DNA of 64,000 bases, taken from contig JAVBLU010000042.1 of the NCBI GenBank assembly GCA_031553225.1, positions 5,578-69,577 on the forward strand, read 5' to 3'. Below, one piece after another: positions 56,066 through 64,000 of the stretch. The notes under the pieces are model-generated. The model saw only the letters and a list, made by a program, of their open reading frames with translations, was not told the DNA's origin and made no database searches. The position numbers and the translations under genes are program-made. Origin of the DNA: Eubacteriales bacterium (lineage in GTDB: Bacteria; Bacillota; Clostridia; Christensenellales; UBA1750). Each line of letters begins with the position of its first letter. Position 1 is the first letter of the stretch.

Positions 56066-56139
56066 CGCCGAGCGGCCCCTCTCGTCCATGATGTAACGTG
56101 CCGAGCGTTTTGTGCAGCAGCTCACCGGACGGTTTTCTC

Positions 56140-56186
56140 TTCAGCGTATGATGGCGGCCGCGTTGCGGCCGCCATCATACGCTGAA
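56140..56186. terminator. Perfect 22-bp hairpin between the convergent sigma-factor and clpC genes
   Basis: TTCAGCGTATGATGGCGGCCGC-gtt-GCGGCCGCCATCATACGCTGAA. There is no U-tract on either strand. Confidence 0.6.
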
Positions 56187-56233
56187 CCCGTTCGCGGGCG
56201 GGAAGGGTGGGGCGCTTCTCTCGCGCGCCGGGG

Positions 56234-58696
<2,463 letters not shown>

Positions 58697-58847
58697 GTGA
58701 TCTTTCCTCCAAAATGCTGTCATGCTGTGAACCGCAAGGCCACTGCCGCGAATGCCCTGCACGGACACCCGCATGAAGTTTTCATCCGTTTGTTGAAGGG
58801 AGTGGCCGCCCAAGGCCGTACGCTCGCGGCCACCTGCGGCCTTTCGC

Positions 58848-59837
58848 CTACCCCAGCGCCCGGCGCACGTAGGCGGCGCGCATCTCGTCGCGGTCCTCGG
58901 CCGGTATAGGCCCGCCCGCCTGCATTTGCAGCATGCCCGGCTGGGCATGCACAAGCGTTGCAAGAATGGGCTGCGCGTCCTTGGCCCAAAGGCCCAGATC
59001 GCTGGCGAGAAGCGCGTCCGACCACAGCCTCATAAACTCGGCGGTGGGCAGCTGGCGGGAAAAGAGCAGCGTGCCCACCGAGCGCATGACGCGGTCGGAT
59101 ACGGGCAGGCGTGAGCGCTCCATCAGATAAACGCGCATCTGCTTTTCCCTGTCGATCACCTGGGCCGCGGCGGACGCAAGGCCCAGGCGGATGTCCTCCT
59201 CGGTGCGGCCCAGGGTGATTTGGTTGGAGAGCTGGTACAGGCATCCCAGCGCCTCGCTCCCCTCGCCGTACAGCCCACGCACCGTAAGGCCCACTTTGCC
59301 CGAAGCCTGGGCGATGCCGCCCATCTGGCCGGCCATGGACAGGGCGGGCAGGTGGAGCATGACCGAAGCGCGCAGGCCGGTGCCGGCGTTGGTGGGGCAG
59401 GCGGTGAGGTAGCCGATTTGCTCGTCGAAGGCGTAGGCGGCTCTTTCGTCGATGGCGTCGTCCACGCCGTCCGAAAGGTCGGCGGCCTCCTGAAGGGCCA
59501 TGCCGCTCGTCAGGCCCTGGATGCGCACGTGGTCCTCCTCGCCGACCATCACGCTCACGCGCTCGTCGTCGCGCAGGAGCACCGCCGCCGTGTCGGTTTT
59601 CTTCAGCAGGTCCAGGCTGATCAGGTGCTTTTCCACAAGCGCCATGCGCTCGATGTCGGTCATGTCGGACAGACGCAGCAGGCGGAACCGGCGGCCGTCC
59701 GGGGCGGCGGCCACGGCCTCGCTCACGCGGCGAACGGCCTCGGCGGCCCAAATTTCGTTCTGGCGGCTGGGGAAGGGCATGTCGGCAAAGTTGCGCGCCA
59801 AACGCACGCGCGAGGACAGAACGATGGAGTCGGTCAC
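58848..59837 (-). CDS. mcsB: Protein arginine kinase McsB
   Basis: VLSSRVRLARNFADMPFP...EEDHVRIQ...GYLTACPTNAGTGLRASVMLHLPAL...GLYGEGSEALGCLYQLSNQITLG. The GTG start overlaps the mcsA stop. Confidence 0.93.
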   Translation of the reverse strand: MTDSIVLSSRVRLARNFADMPFPSRQNEIWAAEAVRRVSEAVAAAPDGRRFRLLRLSDMTDIERMALVEKHLISLDLLKKTDTAAVLLRDDERVSVMVGEEDHVRIQGLTSGMALQEAADLSDGVDDAIDERAAYAFDEQIGYLTACPTNAGTGLRASVMLHLPALSMAGQMGGIAQASGKVGLTVRGLYGEGSEALGCLYQLSNQITLGRTEEDIRLGLASAAAQVIDREKQMRVYLMERSRLPVSDRVMRSVGTLLFSRQLPTAEFMRLWSDALLASDLGLWAKDAQPILATLVHAQPGMLQMQAGGPIPAEDRDEMRAAYVRRALG

Positions 59838-60319
59838 AGCGAGGCGCCTCCCTTCTCCAGGGTGCGCATCTCGTCGCGCAAGCGGGCGGCCTCCTCAAAG
59901 GCTTCCTTGGCGATGGCCTCGCTCATGCGCAGCCTTAGTTCCTCCAGCTGCCGGCGCTTTTGCGCCGCGCCGCTTTGGTGGGCGCGGGGCGCCTTGCCCT
60001 TGTGCTCCACCTGGCCGTGCACGCGGTGCAGCATGGGCAGCATCGTGGCGCGGAAGGCCGTGTAGCACTGGCTGCACCCAACGCGTCCAAGCCTTCGGAA
60101 GGCGTCCAGATCCATGCCGCAGGACGGGCAGCGTTCCGCGGGCGCGTCGGCGTCGTCCTCGGGCATAAAGCCCTTGATCAGGTCGTTGATAGTGAACCCT
60201 TCCGGCCAGGCGTTCTCCGCCGCGCAGGACAGGCACATATGCGTTTGGGTGGTTTGGCCGTTCACGGCGGTGATGGCGTGTACCGTGGCCGGCTTTTCAT
60301 GGCATTTGTCGCACATCAT
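59834..60319 (-). CDS. mcsA: McsA (zinc-finger/UVR-domain activator of McsB)
   Basis: MMCDKCHEKPA...CLSCA...CPSCG...CSQCY Cys motifs, plus a C-terminal UVR-like LEELRLRMSEAIAKEAFEEAARLRDEM. Confidence 0.9.
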   Translation of the reverse strand: MMCDKCHEKPATVHAITAVNGQTTQTHMCLSCAAENAWPEGFTINDLIKGFMPEDDADAPAERCPSCGMDLDAFRRLGRVGCSQCYTAFRATMLPMLHRVHGQVEHKGKAPRAHQSGAAQKRRQLEELRLRMSEAIAKEAFEEAARLRDEMRTLEKGGASL

Positions 60320-60321
60320 GG

Positions 60322-60789
60322 CTATGCGTCCCCTCCTGTTCCGGGCGACATGAGCGCCAGAAGCGCCTGGCGCATCATGCCCACCCGCATTTCATCGCGC
60401 ATGGGAAAGGGTTTGAGGGCTTGTTCGGACATCGCCGCCGCCAGCAGCGCCGCGGTTTGCGCGCAGATTACCCCGCGCTGTTGCAGGTGGGAGAGCAGCA
60501 GCTCCCCCTCGGCCTGGGTCATCTGCGTTCCCAGCTGGCTGGTGATGATCTGCGCGAGCGGCAGGCCCTCCTGCGGCACGCGCACCACTCGGATATACCC
60601 TCCGCCGCCCCGGCGGCTTTCAATCAGGTACCCGCGCTCCACGGAAAATCTGGTTTGCAGCACGTAGTTGATCTGCGAGGGCGCGCAGCGGAAGTAGGCG
60701 GCCAGCTCGTTGCGCTGAATGTCCACAGGCTCCTCCTGGGCAGCCAGCAGCGCTTTGATGAACTGTTCGATGGTATCGCTGAGCAGCAC
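60322..60789 (-). CDS. ctsR: Class III stress-gene repressor CtsR
   Basis: LSDTIEQFIKALL...IQRNELAAYFRCAPSQINYVLQTRFSVERGYLIESRRGGGGYIRVVRV. GTG start 7 nt after AAAGGAGG. Confidence 0.93.
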   Translation of the reverse strand: MLLSDTIEQFIKALLAAQEEPVDIQRNELAAYFRCAPSQINYVLQTRFSVERGYLIESRRGGGGYIRVVRVPQEGLPLAQIITSQLGTQMTQAEGELLLSHLQQRGVICAQTAALLAAAMSEQALKPFPMRDEMRVGMMRQALLALMSPGTGGDA

Positions 60790-60807
60790 GGCCTCGCCTC
60801 CTTTAAC

Positions 60808-60824
60808 TTTGACTTTCTTTGATC
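60808..60824 (-). promoter_or_regulatory. CtsR operator (heptad direct repeat)
   Basis: The reverse strand reads GATCAAA-GAA-AGTCAAA. The consensus is (A/G)GTCAAA-NAN-(A/G)GTCAAA. It lies immediately downstream of the -10. Confidence 0.75.
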
Positions 60825-60826
60825 TT

Positions 60827-60854
60827 ATGATACCACGTCTCCACCAAAATGCAA
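60827..60854 (-). promoter_or_regulatory. Sigma-A promoter of the ctsR operon
   Basis: The reverse strand reads TTGCAT-16 nt-TGgTATCAT (extended -10). Confidence 0.55.
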
Positions 60855-60890
60855 GAGGGTTTTACAAATATCCTTATCTACGCGTAGCAT

Positions 60891-60932
60891 CGTCCGCCCG
60901 CGGGCGGTTATGCGGGCGGACGGTTTCTTTTT
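60891..60932 (+). terminator. Orphan plus-strand intrinsic terminator in the ctsR/ABC divergent intergenic region
   Basis: CGTCCGCCCGC-gggcggttat-GCGGGCGGACG (perfect 11 bp) followed by gTTTCTTTTTg. There is no plus-strand gene upstream of it. Confidence 0.6.
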
Positions 60933-61059
60933 GCAACGCAAAAACGGGAGGAAAACGGCGCAGGAACGACTGCGGGGCGCAAACAGACAGCTTTTCCGCA
61001 TGGGCCGCCAGAGGGGGGCAACGGCGGCGCATTCCCCCCGGAAACCCGCTGCCGGTGCG

Positions 61060-61088
61060 TTGACGAACGCCGCGGCGGCAGGTATCAT
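61060..61088 (+). promoter_or_regulatory. Sigma-A promoter for the ABC exporter pair
   Basis: TTGACG-17 nt-TATCAT, about 20 nt upstream of the SD (AAGGAG). Confidence 0.55.
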
Positions 61089-61112
61089 TGCTGTTGACAA
61101 GGAGTGAACGGT

Positions 61113-62867
61113 TTGAATATATGGAAGAGAATCATCGGCATGTGCCGCCCGCACGCCCTGCCGATGATCGTTGGCGTGGTTCTCGCGCTGGCGGCCGTAT
61201 CCACCCGTCTCATCATTCCGCTCTTCACGCGCCAGGTGGTGGACAACGTTGTGCGCGCTGGGGAAACATGGCTTCTGCCGCGCCTGCTCGTCTCCATCTT
61301 CGCGCTTGTGCTGCTGCGCTCCGCCGCCACCTACGTGCGCGGCATCCTGCTTGAGGGCGTGTCGCAGTCGGCCATATTCGACCTGCGCACCGGGCTTTAC
61401 CGGCACCTGTCCGAGATGCCCTTCCGCTTTTACGACCAGCACCGCATCGGGGAGATCATGTCGCGCATGACGGGCGACATCGAGGGCCTGCGCAACCTGC
61501 TCGCCGGCGGCTTTCTCAACCTTCTGGAGAACTTCGTGTACTTCTTCGGGTCCATCGTATTCCTGTTTACGCTCAACGTAAAGCTCACGCTCTGCCTCAT
61601 CGTATTCGCTCCGCTCGTTGCGTATATCGCCTACAAATACCACAAGGTGATCCGTCCGGCGTTCTCGGAAATACGCGAGCAAAACGCCGTACTCAACACG
61701 CGCACGCAGGAGAACATCGCCGGCGTGCGCGTGGTTAAAGCCTTCGCCAACGAGGAATATGAAAAAGAGGCCTTCCGCAAGGACAACGAAAAGCAGCGCA
61801 ACCTGAACCTGCGCGCCACCTGGATCGCTACGAACTACAACCCTGTGCTGGACCTGATTGGTTCGCTGTGCACGCCCATGCTGCTCATCGTGGGCGGGTT
61901 TATGGTGACGCGCGGGGAGATCACCCTGGGCACGCTCGTGGCCTTCAACGGCTACATCTGGATGCTCAACGGCCCCATGCGCAACCTGGGCGGCATGATC
62001 AACCAGCTGGCGCAGGCCTCCGCCTCGGCCGACAAGTTGTTCTACTACATGGACCTGGGCGCGTCCATACGCGACAAGCCGGACGCCGTGGATCCCGGCC
62101 GCGAGGCATTCCGCGGCCACGTGCGCTTTGAGGACGTGTCCTTCTCCTACGGCGACAGCCCGGTGCTGCAGCATATCGACATCGACCTTGCGCCCGGCAA
62201 AACGCTGGCCATTATGGGCGCTACGGGCGCGGGCAAAACCACGGTGTGCTCGCTGATGGCGCGCTTTTACGACGTGTCCTCCGGCCGGGTGAGCGTGGAC
62301 GGCATCGACGTGCGCGACTGGAAGCTGAAGGCCCTGCGCAGCCGCATCGGCTTTGTGATGCAGGAGACCTTCCTTTTTTCCGAGACGCTGGACCAAAATG
62401 TGCTCTTCGGCTGCCCGGACGCCCCCCTAAGCCACGCCGAGGACGCCATGACCATGGCGCAGGGCATGGAGTTTGTTACGCACATGCCCCACGGATGGGA
62501 CACGGTTGTGGGCGAGCGCGGCCTTGGCCTCTCCGGCGGGCAAAAACAGCGCGTGGCCATCGCGCGCGCCCTGGCCATCGAGCCCGGTATTCTGGTTCTG
62601 GACGACGCGACCTCGGCCGTGGATATGGAGACCGAGCACGAGATCCAGCGCCAGCTGCACAGCTTTATGAAGGACCGCACAACCATCGTCATCGCGCACC
62701 GCATCTCCTCGGTGAAGAACGCCGACGAAATCGTGGTGCTGGAGGAGGGCCGCATCGCCGAGCGCGGCAACCATCAGTCGCTGATGAAGGCCCGCGGCCT
62801 GTACTACCAGATGGTACAGGACCAGTACAAGGACTTCACGGCGTCCCTGGAAGGGCAGGTGGGCTGA
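61113..62867 (+). CDS. ABC exporter, fused permease/ATPase (multidrug/lipid-type, subunit 1)
   Basis: Six-TM ABC_membrane region followed by the NBD: GATGAGKTT, LSGGQKQRVAIARAL, ILVLDDATSAVD. The start is either the TTG at 61113 (8 nt after AAGGAG) or the GTG at 61104. Confidence 0.9.
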   Translation: MNIWKRIIGMCRPHALPMIVGVVLALAAVSTRLIIPLFTRQVVDNVVRAGETWLLPRLLVSIFALVLLRSAATYVRGILLEGVSQSAIFDLRTGLYRHLSEMPFRFYDQHRIGEIMSRMTGDIEGLRNLLAGGFLNLLENFVYFFGSIVFLFTLNVKLTLCLIVFAPLVAYIAYKYHKVIRPAFSEIREQNAVLNTRTQENIAGVRVVKAFANEEYEKEAFRKDNEKQRNLNLRATWIATNYNPVLDLIGSLCTPMLLIVGGFMVTRGEITLGTLVAFNGYIWMLNGPMRNLGGMINQLAQASASADKLFYYMDLGASIRDKPDAVDPGREAFRGHVRFEDVSFSYGDSPVLQHIDIDLAPGKTLAIMGATGAGKTTVCSLMARFYDVSSGRVSVDGIDVRDWKLKALRSRIGFVMQETFLFSETLDQNVLFGCPDAPLSHAEDAMTMAQGMEFVTHMPHGWDTVVGERGLGLSGGQKQRVAIARALAIEPGILVLDDATSAVDMETEHEIQRQLHSFMKDRTTIVIAHRISSVKNADEIVVLEEGRIAERGNHQSLMKARGLYYQMVQDQYKDFTASLEGQVG

Positions 62868-62868
62868 C

Positions 62869-64000
62869 ATGCCAAAGCTGCGCATCATCGACGACGAGGT
62901 CTTCGAGCGCCCGTTCGACCGGGGCATGTTCACGCGCCTTCTGCGCTACATGCTTCCCTACCGCCGCAACATGGCCCTGGCCATTTCCCTGATGGTGCTT
63001 TCCTCGCTGTGTTCCCTGGCCGGGCCGTACCTGCTGGCCACGGCCATCGACGATTTCATCGGCCTGGGCGACATGCGGGGCATTTTTCTCATCGTGGGCG
63101 CGATGATCGCCTGTTCCGGCATCGGCGCGCTGTGCGGGCGGTACCGCTCACGCATTATGGAGAGCTGCGGCCGGCGCGCCATCGCCCAGCTTCGGCAGGA
63201 CCTGTTCGATCACATTCAGTCGCTGGCGTTTTCCTTCTTCGACGGCCGCTCCGCCGGCAAGATCATGGTGCGCGTCATCAACGACGTCAACTCCTTAAAC
63301 GACCTTCTGACGAACGGCATCGTGAACACGCTGGTGGACTGCGTCACCATCGCGCTCATCTTTGTGCTTATGCTTACGGTGAACTGGCAGCTGGCGCTCA
63401 TCGGCATGTGCATTCTGCCCGTCCTGCTGCTCATCGTGTTCGCGCTCAAGCGCAAGATGCGCACCGGCTGGCAAAAGGTGCGCCTGAAGATCTCCACCAT
63501 GAACGGGTACCTGCACGAGTCGCTGGCCGGCATGCGCGTCACCCAGGCCTTCGTGCGCGAGAACACGAACACGGACACGTTTGTGGACATCAATCAGGAC
63601 ATCCGCATGTCCTGGATGCGCGCCATCCGCATCAACAACCTGTTCTGGCCGTTCCTGGACATCACCGCCAACATCGGCACGGTGCTCGTGTACTGGTTTG
63701 GCGTGCAAATGATGCAAAGCGCCGCGGCCCCCGTGTCCATGGGCACGCTTCTGCTCATCATGTGGTACCTTGGGCGGTTCTGGGATCCGCTCAACACCCT
63801 GTCCAACTTCTATAACAACGTGCTGGCGGCCATGGCGTCCATGGAGCGCATCTTTGAAATTATGGACACGCCCGCGGACATCGTCTCCGCACCCAACAGC
63901 CGCGCGCTCCCGCCCGCGATCGGCGAGGTGGCCTTCGACCACGTCACCTTCTCTTACGATCCGGAAAAGGTAATCCTAAAGGACGTGTCCTTTACCGTTA
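62869..64000 (+). CDS. ABC exporter, fused permease/ATPase (subunit 2), truncated by the right edge
   Basis: Not in the track because it is open-ended. The ATG lies 1 nt after the upstream stop. Translation gives MPKLRIIDDEVFERPFDRGMFTRLLRYMLPYRRNMALAISLMVLSSLCSLAGPYLLATAIDDFIG... and the frame stays open to 64000. Confidence 0.88.
   Translation, partial: MPKLRIIDDEVFERPFDRGMFTRLLRYMLPYRRNMALAISLMVLSSLCSLAGPYLLATAIDDFIGLGDMRGIFLIVGAMIACSGIGALCGRYRSRIMESCGRRAIAQLRQDLFDHIQSLAFSFFDGRSAGKIMVRVINDVNSLNDLLTNGIVNTLVDCVTIALIFVLMLTVNWQLALIGMCILPVLLLIVFALKRKMRTGWQKVRLKISTMNGYLHESLAGMRVTQAFVRENTNTDTFVDINQDIRMSWMRAIRINNLFWPFLDITANIGTVLVYWFGVQMMQSAAAPVSMGTLLLIMWYLGRFWDPLNTLSNFYNNVLAAMASMERIFEIMDTPADIVSAPNSRALPPAIGEVAFDHVTFSYDPEKVILKDVSFTV

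Noticed and set aside
60910-61107. 65-aa plus-strand ORF upstream of the ABC exporter
   Set aside because: It has no SD, its composition is Arg/Ala/Gly-rich, and it spans the promoter of the ABC operon. It is most likely non-coding.

Overview
This 64-kb window looks like chromosomal DNA from a high-G+C Firmicutes/Clostridia-type organism. The taxonomic call rests on a ctsR-mcsA-mcsB-clpC operon with a CtsR heptad operator, S-box and T-box leaders, cheC/cheD/cheV, and sigma-D-type promoters. All calls were made by eye from the ORF track and the raw sequence; no database or HMM search was possible.

The left 24.7 kb is a flagellar/chemotaxis supercluster. The minus strand carries four groups:
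- FliK-like, FlhB-C-terminal-like (FlhX/YlqH-like) and a J-domain protein
- fliD, fliS, a FliT-like gene and a DUF327 gene
- cheW, mcp, cheR, cheB
- flgB-flgC-fliE-fliO-fliP-fliQ-fliR-flhB-flhA-flhF, with flhF truncated at the left edge

The plus strand diverges from this with cheC-cheD-cheY-cheA-(EAL+HDOD)-cheV.

The rest of the window is housekeeping and accessory genes, in order:
- GH29 fucosidase and reverse rubrerythrin
- ECF S-component, DUF3842 and a small membrane protein
- a five-gene Opp/Dpp-type ABC importer
- S-box-controlled metK, then recD2
- two NCS2 nucleobase permeases
- a hybrid histidine kinase with two receiver domains, then a second MCP
- HxlR diverging from a PNPOx-like gene and a radical-SAM gene
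- a visibly lower-G+C islet (MerR/GyrI-like regulator plus a decayed glycosidase remnant) abutting tRNA-Ser(GGA)
- a GH140-like gene
- T-box(Cys)-controlled cysE-cysS
- a sigma-70/ECF-like sigma factor with a long C-terminal extension
- ctsR-mcsA-mcsB-clpC
- a two-gene ABC exporter pair, the second truncated at the right edge

I found no CRISPR array, transposase, integrase or rRNA. Many long ORFs in the track are antisense shadow ORFs typical of GC-rich DNA and were rejected.

The most interesting candidates are:
- A J-domain protein in the flagellar locus. Its C-terminus aligns by eye to a catalytically dead GGDEF domain that keeps an RxxD I-site at the canonical spacing, so it may be a c-di-GMP-sensing Hsp70 co-chaperone. 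It also lacks a canonical start codon after its Shine-Dalgarno (SD) site.
- A CheB with an intact esterase triad but a degenerate receiver domain.
- A stand-alone FlhB-CC mimic paired with a FliK-like protein.
- A PdeH-like EAL-HDOD gene inside the che operon.
- An unclassified structured leader upstream of an ECF S-component gene next to DUF3842.
- An orphan intrinsic terminator between the divergent ctsR and ABC promoters.
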